In this document: positions 21,807-31,688 of the stretch, in pieces
Layout of the letters: each line of letters starts with the position of its first letter
Position numbering within the stretch: the first letter of the stretch is position 1
Assembly: GCA_963813715.1 (NCBI GenBank)
Contig: CAWFAK010000017.1
Span: forward strand, 512,001-576,000
From: an uncultured Planctomycetaceae bacterium
GTDB taxonomy: Bacteria > Planctomycetota > Planctomycetia > Planctomycetales > Planctomycetaceae
Direction: 5' to 3'
DNA length: 64,000 nt
The notes under the pieces: generated by a model
The model's input: the letters and a program-made list of their open reading frames with translations, nothing else
What the model was told of the DNA's origin: nothing
The model's database searches: none
Translations under genes and position numbers: made by a program

Positions 21807-22074
21807 ATCTGCAGAACCACTCTGAATTTCCCGACCTGATTTCCGGACCTGCTCAGCGCCGGTGCCGATGCGATCCCATTCTGAGGGCTCGCGCCTGTTT
21901 GCCAACGTTGGCAATGTCGACCAAGTGGAATTGCACGTCAGGACCGGTTCGTGAACGGCCGCGCCGTTGTACACCTTGGCCATTAATACGGTCGCCCCTA
22001 CCATTTCCGAGCGTTTTCGTGAGCCCTTGTGCTGGCTACCAATCGAGCGGACCAAACCTTGTGAGGAGACTCCA

Positions 22075-22815
22075 ATGGCAAAACTGACCAACAAAACAGC
22101 ACTCGTCACCGGCGGTTCACGCGGTATCGGCGCAGCGATTGCCAGGCGACTCACCGCCGACGGGGCGAGCGTGGCAATCACCTACACGAAAGGCGCGGAG
22201 GCCGCACAGTCGGTGGTCAAAGGGATCGAGAAGGCCGGCGGAAAGGCGATCGCGATTCAGGCCGACGCGACCGATGCTCCGGCCGTCATCGCTGCGGTCG
22301 AAAAAACCGTCGCCACGTTCGGCCGACTCGATGTGCTCGTGAACAATGCCGGCACGGCCATTCCGAAGCCCTTTGAGGAGGCGCCGCTCGAGGAGATAGA
22401 CCGTATGATCGACATTAACGTTCGCGGCGTGTTTATTGCGACTCAGGCGGCCCTCAAGCATTTGAAAGACGGTGGCCGGATCATCAACATCGGCTCGTGC
22501 GTCGGCGAGCGGATGATGACGCCTGGCCTCGTGGCCTACGCAGCCACGAAAGGCGCCGTCAAAATGTTCACGCAGGGTCTCGCCCGCGAGTTGGGCGGCC
22601 GTGCGATCACGGTCAACAACATTCAACCGGGCCCGATCGACACCGAGTTGAACCCCGCCGCCAGCGAGTGGGCAACGCCTCAAATCGCCAACACCGCGTT
22701 GAATCGCTACGGATCCGTCGATGATGTTGCTGCGCTAGTGTCGTTCGTAGCCGGTCCGGAGTCGTCGTACATCACCGGTGCGAACCTGACTGTCGACGGC
22801 GGCACGAACGCCTGA
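22075..22815 (+). CDS. Short-chain dehydrogenase/reductase (3-oxoacyl-ACP reductase-like)
   Basis: TGGSRGIG, NNAG, YAATK, PGPIDT; GAGGAG RBS before ATG at 22075. Confidence 0.93.
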   Translation: MAKLTNKTALVTGGSRGIGAAIARRLTADGASVAITYTKGAEAAQSVVKGIEKAGGKAIAIQADATDAPAVIAAVEKTVATFGRLDVLVNNAGTAIPKPFEEAPLEEIDRMIDINVRGVFIATQAALKHLKDGGRIINIGSCVGERMMTPGLVAYAATKGAVKMFTQGLARELGGRAITVNNIQPGPIDTELNPAASEWATPQIANTALNRYGSVDDVAALVSFVAGPESSYITGANLTVDGGTNA

Positions 22816-22890
22816 GCGGATCACCCTCGCCCGCTCGGTCGATTCGCGAGTTTGGTATCCTGAGGTCTCCCCCTTAAAGGAGACTTCGGC

Positions 22891-24007
22891 ATGGCGAATG
22901 TCGTGATGATTCAGGATGCGGCTCGAGTTGAGTGGGCCACTTGTCCCCTCGAGGAAATCTCGACCAGGGAGGCCGTCGAGCAACTGGTGGGCGGGCCGGT
23001 GGAAAGCACTTCCGAAGGCACCGCCAGGGTCGTCGGTTGCCCCGACGCGGTCGTGGACGAAACATTGATTCCGCGCCGCGTCATCCTGCAGCCTGACGGC
23101 GTGATGCATCCGCTGGTGGGAGCGATTCACCAGGCGTATCAGGATCACCGTCCGCTCGTGCTGTCGCCGGATATGTTCTGGCTGCTCGTCGCCCAGGGAC
23201 TGGCGCTGCACGTCAACAATCATCCCGACGAGTTTCGCGACCGATTCCGCGTCGGCCCCGAGCAGCAGGAGATCGAAATTCGCAAGGACGACTTGTTGAA
23301 GGGGTCGCCCGATAACGCGTGGGAAGACGTCTTCGAAGAGTTCTGCGAGCAGATCACCGACCGCATCGGCGGCGACAACTACGCGCACATCGTGGCCACG
23401 TTCTCCACGACCGGGCTCCTCGAACGGGCGGCCAACGCCATCGTGCTGATGGACACCGTCCAAAGTTATTTTGAATATTCCTTGAGGACCCGCTGCGGCA
23501 TTCCCCAGGTCGTGTTGGAGGGGACTGCCGCCGACTGGGAACGGCTGCGCGACAAGACCGAGTCACTTGGCCGGACGTACGCGCTCACCTGGTGGACCGA
23601 CCGGCTTCTGCCTGTCCTCGATCGGGTCGCGCAACGCAGGCGGGAGAGAAGACGCTGCCTTGTGGGAATCGATTTACAAACAGGTCGACGCGAGCGGCGG
23701 CCCCTATCTGAGCGGTTGGATCACGGACTTCTTTCCCTATGTCGGGCGCGACGAGCCCAACGAGCGCAACCGCGCGTTTCGGGAAGAGCCGATTCCAGAG
23801 GCTCAACGCATTTATGAAAGCCACTTCGGCAGCGGCATCACGACGGATCATCTTCCCAGCTCGCTCACCAAGGTCCCGTTCGTGTGGAAGTATCGGGGCG
23901 AAGAATTTCCGATGGAACTCCTGGCCGGGTTCGTCGGCTTCACGCAAGATGCCGAGACGCTCCGCCTCCGTCCAAAGATCGGCTGGGCAGTCCGCGAGGC
24001 GGGGTGA
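22891..24007 (+). CDS. DUF4419 domain protein; frameshift near 23630
   Basis: AYQDHRPLVLSPDMFWL, FSTT, MDTVQSYFEY, CGIPQVVLEGT..DW, SGWITDFFPY, PKIGWAV. Confidence 0.8.
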
Positions 24008-24189
24008 AACGAACCGGGCCGGCGGCGGAGCATGGTCCAGCATTCCCGCGCCATCATTCCCGGATTCCAAGAAAACTGATCTTGGATGAATCACGATCTT
24101 GTGGCTGAATGGAGGGGGCGGACTTTTTGCGCGCGGCGGTTGAGCGGAATGGGGTGCAGCGGAATGGGATAGGGAGAAACACGGGGGGT

Positions 24190-24545
24190 TGGGTCACAAT
24201 TTGTTTCTGTATAGATGACCCACGAAATTCGCGACGCACCCCTCGATCAGGGGACGGGACAGATCGGGACGGGACATGAGAGAAGTCCAAGGTCCCGAGG
24301 TCCAAGTTCATTGGACCAGCCGCGGCAGGAATCGGGTCGGCCGTGGGACGGGACGCGGGACGGGACACGTTGTTTCACCGAGAAAAGCCGGGAGAATTTG
24401 GCCCGGGGACGGTTATCCGAGGTGGGACGGGCGAGGCGAAGAGCGGGGCGAGGGGTGGAAAGAGGTTGGCCGGCGGGTCGGGACACTTTGTTTCAAAAGG
24501 GAAGTTGACCCACCAAGTCGTTGACCCACCGTCCCGGTACGGGAC
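24190..24545 (+). repeat. Strand-biased GGGAC pentamer array 1 with embedded longer direct repeats
   Basis: 12 GGGAC on + versus 2 on - between 24251 and 24545; GGGACAC[G/T]TTGTTTCA at 24362 and 24480; GTTGACCCACC at 24504 and 24520. Confidence 0.85.
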
Positions 24546-24563
24546 ACGGCGCACAGCGGGGCA

Positions 24564-26721
24564 CTACGCCGTGGCGGCCGCGGTGCGTGGCGCCGTCCAT
24601 TCCTTGACGGCATCGGGGCACGGGGCGACGGTAGGCCACGCGAACCAAGTGCGGCCATCGTCGGCGATGAGCACCAGGCCGCTCAGGGCCTTGGCGCGTT
24701 TCATCGCTGCCAGCGCCTGGGGGGGAGTTTGCACGATCGGGCTGCCCACGTTGAGGGACGTGTTGACGGACACCTCGACTCCCAGCCGCCGCCCCATCGC
24801 CTGGAGATAGGCATACGTAAAGGGGTCGTCCTCTTCGCGCACAATCTGCACGCGGCCCGTTCCATCCCGGTGGACCACGGCGGGAATTCTGTCGTACGCA
24901 TCGGGCCGGGCCCGCGCCGTTAGCACCATGTAGTGGTAGGCGTTGTACTGATCGTCGGCCCCGCCAGGCGAGAGCTCGAAGAACCGCCGGGCTGCCGCGA
25001 GCGTCGCCATCGGTGCCAGCGGACGGATCGGCTCGCGGAACTTAACGCGCAGGTTGATCGTTTCCAGCGTCCGCGGGTTGCAGGGGTTCGCGAGAATCGA
25101 ACGATGCCCGAGAGCCCGCGGCCCCGTCTCTGCCGGCCCCTGAAACAATCCGACCACGCCATCCTCGGCGACGATTCGCGCCATCAGATCGGCGATTCTC
25201 GCCTGCTGGTCCGGGTCACTGATGTTCCCCAACGTGCAGTATTCGACTTCGGCATCGTTCTCGAGAGCCGACGCAATCTCGTTGGCAGCAGGCGCCCTCC
25301 CACACCAGAAGGCGTGCTTGAGGGAAGGGCCTGGTCGCACGCCGCTCCGTAGCGCGAAATTGTACGCGGCCCCCATTGTGACCCCGGCATCGCCCGGTGT
25401 CGGCGGCACCCACACGTGCAGTCGGGTTCGCTTGCCCAAATTGCGGCGATACCATTCCTCGTCGTAACGATCGACCAGGTGCATATTGGCCAGGCAATTG
25501 AGGGCCGTCCCGCCCGTCAACACGAGCTGATCGCTCCCCGTCGTTCGAATCAGATGATCGACGACGTGAAACAACACATCCTCGAAAACGAGTTGCGTCG
25601 CCGCGGCCAGATCGACCCGCTCGTGCGTTGCGGCCGCGTGCTGCGTGTCTTCGACGCGAAGCACCGCGTCTGGATTCCACATCTTTTCCGGAGGGATTGG
25701 ATCGCCGGTGATGTCGCGGAGGAGCTGCGTATACGCATTGCGCTCGCCACCGATGTGCCAGTGAGCCAACTTCCGATTGATCCGCACCTGCCCTTCTTCG
25801 CCGAAGTGGAAAACCTGCCGCAGGCGGCGGTAGTAGGGGTTGGTGAGGCGGTCGGAATCCCCCCAAGCGACCGCGCCCATGTATCGCCCCTCGCTCGAGA
25901 GGACCGTCCAACCTCCCTGAGTCGAGCTAATGACCGAATAGAAACATCCCAGCGAGTCGCTGAGACTGTCATTGGAGCGCAACCGCTGCAAACGCCCGCG
26001 TTCGGCGACGTACAGCGAAATTGCCCCGTCGTCGCCAAAGCCGTCCAGCACGGTGACGATCACCGGCTTGTCGCTGTGATTGAACGGGGAAGCGGCGTAG
26101 GAAAAGGCGGCGTGGTTTTCGTGGTGCCCCATCGAGATCAGCGGCAGCGGCGCGTCGAGCCCGAATTGCTTCGCCAGTCGGCCCGGGCCCTTTCGCACGG
26201 ACGGTCCGATTTCGAATAAGTTGAAGATCGCGATCGCATTTTTGCGCCAGTGCCAAACTGCCGGGGAAATGCTCGAGGGCGCTCTGGATTCCGAAACAAT
26301 CCAGGTTGATGTAATTCCAGCTCAATAGCACGGCATGCAAGTCGCGCGGCCCAAGCCCCATGCTCGCCAGCCGTTGCTTCAGCGACTCGATACTCTGTTC
26401 CGGGTAGCCGCCGAAGTGCTTGACGCCCGTGAATCGCTCTTCTTCGTCATTCGACAGGAGCCGCACGCCGTCGCGCTCGGAGACTTCGACGAGCGCGGCG
26501 CCGCTGTTGTGGCCGGCGATCCCCAATCCGGCGAGATAAGTCGTCTCCCCGCGGGCCAGCCGGGCACGCAGCGATTCCATCCGCTCGCGCGCAAAAGCGC
26601 TATCCGGCTCATGCACGTGACTCCGAGCGAAGAGAATCCTGCAAACAGGGTGCGCTGCTGCGGAAGCCAGCTTTGCCAGCCAGGGGTGTGCCGGACCGTA
26701 TTTTCCGTAGACCGTTGACAT
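24564..26721 (-). CDS. Carbamoyltransferase (NodU/CmcH/TobZ family); frameshift(s) near 26200-26240
   Basis: HNSGAAL, EEERFTGVKH, HHENHAA, VLDGFGD, EGRYMG, GGTALNC, GDAG, GPRALGHRSILA, KFREPIRPLAP, HRDGTGRVQ, NTSLN. Confidence 0.9.
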
Positions 26722-27228
26722 GGCGATCCGAGCCGTATGCTGAAAGGATCCGCGGAGGATGCAGTTTCGATGTTGTCGAATTCAGACGACTCGCGATGCC
26801 GTCGTTGTGGCTGGGGCAACATTCGCGCCGCGAGCAAGAAAGCGCGGAATTCAGCGATGGCCGAGCCTTCCTAACGGCGCGTGCAAGGAGACCGGCCCGC
26901 AGGGGCCGACCCGCAGCACACAGCGGGCCAGCCGCATCTAGAGAAACTCGATGGTATCCACGTCTATCCAGCTGTTCAATCCCCGAGTGCAAAATATCTG
27001 CCGGCAGCCGTCAGAATCGCGATCGCTTTCCGCAAACTCCACCCATCCACCGTTTGACGAGCAATCAGGTCCAAGCTCGAAGTGCGCGATTGCGTGCGAC
27101 GCTCCGACACGGTCTTGCGTTCGCACCCGCCACTCAGAAGCATGGGTGACTGACGTTTGAACGAGCCTGATCTCGAGGTTGAACGAGATCGTGTCGAGAC
27201 AATCATCCTGCGAGCAGCTGGGCCGGGA

Positions 27229-27717
27229 ATGGATCACACCAAGATTGAACGCTTGTCCGCGGGCGACGAGGACCGGCTGCGACACATTCGGTTGCGGGCG
27301 CTCCGCGACGCGCCGGAGGCGTTCGAGACAACCTTCGCCGAGGCGAAGGCCCGTCCGTTCGAGAATTGGCAGCAGCAGCTTGAGCAGCTAGCCACGTTTG
27401 TCGCCGTGGCGGACGATCTCGACATCGGGATGGCGCGAGGTGCTCGGCATGACGTTCGGGATGATACCGCCTACTTGATCTCGATGTGGGTGGCGTCCGA
27501 AGGGCGTCGCCGAGGAGTTGGATCGGCTCTGATTGAGGCCGTTGCCGCCTGGGCACGGGAACAAGGATTCAAGCGACTGTTGCTGGATGTGGCCGAGGGA
27601 AACGCTGCCGCTCTGGCCCTGTATACGGAGGCGGGCTTTGTCGCGACGGGCGTCGTCGGCATGTTGCCGGTCCCCCGCCAGCACATTCGCGAAATTCAGA
27701 TGGCCCTCACGCTCTAA
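27229..27717 (+). CDS. GNAT family N-acetyltransferase
   Basis: RLRALRDAPEAF; LISMWVASEGRRRGVGSALI; NAAALALYTEAGF. Confidence 0.88.
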   Translation: MDHTKIERLSAGDEDRLRHIRLRALRDAPEAFETTFAEAKARPFENWQQQLEQLATFVAVADDLDIGMARGARHDVRDDTAYLISMWVASEGRRRGVGSALIEAVAAWAREQGFKRLLLDVAEGNAAALALYTEAGFVATGVVGMLPVPRQHIREIQMALTL

Positions 27718-27732
27718 GTATCACACACGTTC

Positions 27733-27870
27733 TGGTGCCACTGGCGGGAACTTTGGCCCGCCAGTGTCTTAAGTGTCTTACCGACCATCGAAGCAACGGT
27801 TGAGCCCCACCACACCTGGCGCGAACGAACCGCCACTGGCAAGGGCGGCGAAGCCGGCCTGCGTGGCATC
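27733..27870. repeat. Degenerate GTGCCACTGGC-type REP doublet
   Basis: GGTGCCACTGGCGGG-N-CCCGCCAGTG hairpin, followed by CACTGGCAAG...GTGGCATCC. Confidence 0.55.
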
Positions 27871-27878
27871 CGGGGCAC

Positions 27879-28420
27879 GGGACAGGAAACGTGGGGCACC
27901 AAAGCCACCGTCTGAGCGAAATTCTCCAAACGGGGACTTGGCCCATCGATCACCGGGGACAGAATGGAACCAGGTGGTTTGCATTGGGCAGCGGGCATCC
28001 GCGCCGAAAGGCGGAGTGCGCACGGCGTGGATCGCGCCTGTCGAGGCATTTTTCCACGAGTCGACGCGTGAGCCTCCATCCGGCAGACTGCCGTTGGTCC
28101 GGGCGGACGGGACAAGTTGGGACGGAACTGAGGACGGGACGAGTGGCTTCCGGACGGGACGGGATTGGAACCGGCTCGAAGCGCGTGGGACCTGAAGCGG
28201 GTGGGATGGAAAACGGTTGGGACGGGATTGAAAGTCGTGGGACGGAGGTCGGGACGGGACTGATTCGACGGGACGGGACAACTTGTATGAGCAGGGTGCG
28301 TCCCGTCCTTAAACGATTGCCGGATGGTGGGTTAGGAAGAAACCTGAATTGGGACTGGATTCGCCGCGTCCAGAGAAATCGAGTGAATGGGATCGGGCGG
28401 ACGTGGGGTCGTCCCGTCGG
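27879..28420 (+). repeat. Strand-biased GGGAC pentamer array 2
   Basis: 15 GGGAC on + versus 2 on -; densest at 28104-28279 (GGGACGGGAC and variants). Confidence 0.85.
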
Positions 28421-28575
28421 CTGGGAGGTTCAATTCGAGGCCTAGCCGTCGGGATCGGGCCGGATTGACCGGGCCTGGGATGCCGATAGGATTGGGGAGC
28501 GTCGGGGCCGACGGGTTTTGGCCGGTCGACCTTCGACGCGAGGTTTCGGAGATTCAAGAACTCGGAAATCGAAAA

Positions 28576-28934
28576 GGGGGCGATTGGATTTGACTGGGTC
28601 ACCGTAGGTGTCGGTGGCGTGCCGTGGTTGATCAGTAGGCCACGTAAAAAGCTGATCAAAAAACATCTGCCGAAAAGCAGGTTGCTCTCGCTGCCTAATT
28701 AATTAGGTAGCTCTGGCTGCGGAATCCCTGCCTGAGGAGTCCAAAAGTCGGATCATCAAATTCGGGCTGGCGCCGGTTCATGCCTCAACGACCGGCGCGA
28801 GATTTGTCGTGGCTGGCCGGCTCGGGGCCTTGTTCGCTTGAGCCCCGGTTCGGCGAGACTTAATCGACGAAATACGCACGTAGAGGCCGACACTCAGGGA
28901 TCACAGGACGCGGGTTCGATTCCCGCCGCCTCCA
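28576..28934 (+). ncRNA. ssrA: Transfer-messenger RNA (tmRNA); tag peptide (A)EKQVALAA
   Basis: 5' GGGGGCGATTGGATTTGAC; acceptor stem pairs with 3' CGCCTCCA (G-U Ala determinant); T-arm GCGGGTTCGATTCCCGC; tag ORF GCC GAA AAG CAG GTT GCT CTC GCT GCC TAA at 28669-28698; CCA not encoded. Confidence 0.97.
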
Positions 28935-28938
28935 ACTC

Positions 28939-28974
28939 GCCACTTGTTACCAATGGTAGCAAGTGGCTTTTTTT
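28939..28974 (+). terminator. Intrinsic terminator after ssrA
   Basis: GCCACTTGTTACC-AAT-GGTAGCAAGTGGC followed by T7. Confidence 0.85.
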
Positions 28975-29280
28975 GTTGGACTTATGGCGATTCCCACGAT
29001 CACAAAAGCCGAGAAAAGAAGCGACTGTGAGAAAGATTTGAGTTCCCCAGTCGCCTTTTCCACGGCGATCGAGGACCAAGCGGCGTTCGCTCGTACAATA
29101 AACTCCTGGCATGGCGAAACGAAACAAATACAGAGGCGAGCAAGAACAGGAAGGCGCAGTCAGGATTCCGGTAAGATTGGCAGCATTGAAATGCCTCGAA
29201 GCGCAAAACGCCCGAACGACGGGGACAACCTGCGACTCAACAGACTGAGCAAAAGTGTGAACCTCTGATCTGCCCTCGCT

Positions 29281-29661
29281 ATGGGAAAGAAATCGCCACG
29301 TCCGAAAGCAACGAATAAGGCCACGTTCGCCTGCTTCGAGTGTCGCAGAGCACTCAAGCAGCCGGGATCTTCGGCCTGGGATCCTGCCGTCCCGGAACGC
29401 CCGTGTCCGTGTGCCAAATGCCGACGACCGATGGTGCGGATGGGCCGGTATTTCAAGGCACCTCCCGCAAGGGCTCGTCAGCAATGGCTAAAGGTCGAAT
29501 TGCTGTATCGCTACGGCGAACGCTTCTGGGCAGGCAATTCGGGCCTCAGTCGAAGCTGTCGGAATCTCCGATCGACGATCGAGTATCTGACAGGGCAGGG
29601 GCATTCCGTGGACGATGTTCGGTGGCAGCTTGACCAATTACGCCGCCTTCGTATCCACTAA
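29281..29661 (+). CDS. Hypothetical zinc-ribbon protein
   Basis: FACFECR...CPCAKC...MVRMGRYFKAP...QW motif. Confidence 0.7.
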   Translation: MGKKSPRPKATNKATFACFECRRALKQPGSSAWDPAVPERPCPCAKCRRPMVRMGRYFKAPPARARQQWLKVELLYRYGERFWAGNSGLSRSCRNLRSTIEYLTGQGHSVDDVRWQLDQLRRLRIH

Positions 29662-29897
29662 ATGAGTGTGAATGCGAATCGGCGTCCGACGAGGCAAAGC
29701 GATCAAGGCACTGGAGGCGATCGAGAGCAGCCTTCAAGACTCGACCGAAGTCGCACGAATCAGGATGGCGATCGAGGGAGTCGAGGAATTGACGAAGACC
29801 TAAACCTTTCTCAAACCTTCTTCAGTTTTAGGTCGGTCGAGGCAAAAGCCCTATGAGAGAGCCGCATTTGTGACGACCCGGCTATACCCGCCGCCTC

Positions 29898-30036
29898 CAT
29901 TCGACTCGCTACGCTCGCTCATGGCAGGCCGTCCAAGCCATGAGCGAGTGTTGCCTTTTAGGGGCTTGCATAGGGTCGAAGCAGCGAGTCGAATGCCCTG
30001 CCTGCCCCGAGCTTTGTCGAGGGGTCGAAGGGCGTT
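29898..30036. repeat. Multi-stem palindromic repeat, copy A
   Basis: Outer stem 29898-29910/29983-29995 (13 bp, perfect); inner stem 29911-29925/29937-29951; ends in a GCCTGCCCCGAGC...GTCGAAGGGC REP-like tail. Confidence 0.8.
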
Positions 30037-30051
30037 CTAGCAGTTGACGTT

Positions 30052-31251
30052 TCACGCGGCGCCGCGGCGCCGCACTGCGATCAGGAACAGACCGAACAGC
30101 GCGAGGCTGAGCACGGTCATGGCGATCCCGAACAGCGGCACGGCGCTCGCATTTTCGCCCTCGACGAAAGCCGTTGCGGCCAATGGCCCGAACGCCGCGC
30201 CCAGAAGCTGTGCGGCCGGAACCAGCAAACAAGTGTTTCTCGTGGAATCCGCTGCCAGGGTCATGCCGATCATGAATGGGACGATGAACATCCAGACGAA
30301 ACTGATCGCCAAGACAGCGACGCAGAACATCAAGAGCGTGGGGCTGGCGCCCAGAATCGCCGCGGCGATCAATCCCACGACGCCGCAGCCGAGAATGCCG
30401 AGCCGGTAGTCGAGATACGCCTCGAGCCACGCCGCGGCGAGCGAAGCCGCCACCTGAACGAACAGGCCGACGGAGACCAGCACGCCCACGGTCTGCGCGT
30501 CGATGCCGACTTTCCCGCCCAAGGGCTCCAGGAATGTCCAGACAGCGACGACGAACATGAAAAAGAGAAAAATCATCAAAAGAGCGAGGATGGATCTCAC
30601 CGTGAACACGCCATCCATGCTCGCGCTCTGCTTGGGCATCTCGTCGTATTCCGTGGGGACGAGGAGGGCCACCCCAATCGAGACGAGGCTAACGACGCCG
30701 AGCGCGAGGAAGCCGCCATTCGCCCCCATTCCCGGAACAACCCACCAGGCCAATCCGAGGGCGAGGAGGCCTTGGGCCAGCGCCTGCATGGCGAGGAAAT
30801 ATCCGCCCAGCCGCTCGGCGTGGCGGGAGCGGGCGATCAGTTCGATCGAGACGGCAACCATCGCGCCTTCGACAAGGCCAGCGAGCGCCCGGTCGATCAG
30901 GATCAGATTGGAGCTGCCGGCGACGGAGATCGCAGCGTCGAGCGCCGCCAGCACGACGAGCAGGATCGTGCATTTGAGGCGCAGATGGCGCACCGAAAAA
31001 AGCATCGCCGCAACTGCGGAGCTCACTCCGATCAGGAGCGTCTCCACCGTCGCGATCACCCCGAGCTCAGCGAGATTGATGCGCGATTCGGCGTGCAGCG
31101 CTCCATATAGGATTGGGATCACGCCAAGAATAAGAAGGCCCGCGGAACCGATCCACAGGGCTGCGGCCGCGCCGGCCCCCGAGGGGTTTCCAACGAGCCA
31201 ATCCTTATTCTGGACCGGTGTGGAGCCGGCTGTCGAACTACCGTCCGCCAT
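30052..31251 (-). CDS. MFS transporter
   Basis: 399 aa, ~12 hydrophobic segments, DRALAGLVEG motif. Confidence 0.85.
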   Translation of the reverse strand: MADGSSTAGSTPVQNKDWLVGNPSGAGAAAALWIGSAGLLILGVIPILYGALHAESRINLAELGVIATVETLLIGVSSAVAAMLFSVRHLRLKCTILLVVLAALDAAISVAGSSNLILIDRALAGLVEGAMVAVSIELIARSRHAERLGGYFLAMQALAQGLLALGLAWWVVPGMGANGGFLALGVVSLVSIGVALLVPTEYDEMPKQSASMDGVFTVRSILALLMIFLFFMFVVAVWTFLEPLGGKVGIDAQTVGVLVSVGLFVQVAASLAAAWLEAYLDYRLGILGCGVVGLIAAAILGASPTLLMFCVAVLAISFVWMFIVPFMIGMTLAADSTRNTCLLVPAAQLLGAAFGPLAATAFVEGENASAVPLFGIAMTVLSLALFGLFLIAVRRRGAA

Positions 31252-31309
31252 TTTTCATTCCCTTGTAGGCAACACCAGTTTAGCGCCGCTGGCGTGCGCA
31301 ACTGCACGA

Positions 31310-31407
31310 CCCGCCACGCTCGCTCATGATAAGCGAGCGTACTTTGTTATGGGCTTGCGACCCATCGAAGCAGCGAGTCGAATGCCCGGAGCCTGTCGAA
31401 GAGCATT
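31310..31407. repeat. Multi-stem palindromic repeat, copy B (direct repeat of copy A)
   Basis: Shares ACGCTCGCTCATG and an identical 23-mer TCGAAGCAGCGAGTCGAATGCCC (31365-31387 = 29976-29998); preceded by CCCGCC. Confidence 0.8.
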
Positions 31408-31688
31408 ACTTTGGTCGCGCGGACGCGGGTTGATTTCTCGCCGCCGCAAACTCCTTTCAACGTTTCACTTCTCGACAGCCCCCCCCTCGCGCGTTCCGTC
31501 AATGTCCCAGAAAAGTGTGCCCTAAAGAAATCTGCCCGAGCGATATTTGACCCCAGGAAATTCTGCCGATTCAGAATTCCCGTCAATATCCGGCCGCTGC
31601 CGGCGAATCAATGACCGCCGGCGGTTCGGCGGGAGTCGCCCGGCCTCTTCGTTTCGAAACGGCGTGCACCACGCCTGGAGGCAGTCGA

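Larger units (their letters stand above)
28922..29899. mobile_element. Putative integrase-less genomic islet at ssrA bounded by 13-bp att-like direct repeats
   Basis: CCCGCCGCCTCCA at 28922-28934 (ssrA 3' end) is exactly repeated at 29887-29899; the interior looks more AT-rich than the flanks. Confidence 0.65.

Noticed and set aside
28100..28290. CRISPR array
   Set aside because: Units are 5-10-bp degenerate motifs with irregular short gaps. There is no 23-47-bp conserved repeat with unique spacers and no cas genes in the window.
27778..28445. ORFs 27778..28281(-) and 27891..28445(+), and similar ORFs at 24054-24810, as real proteins
   Set aside because: VPSRP/GTGRD-type translations are by-products of the GGGAC repeats. 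I see no RBS or family motifs.
28963..29268. ORF as an integrase remnant
   Set aside because: It overlaps the terminator and shows no tyrosine or serine recombinase motifs.
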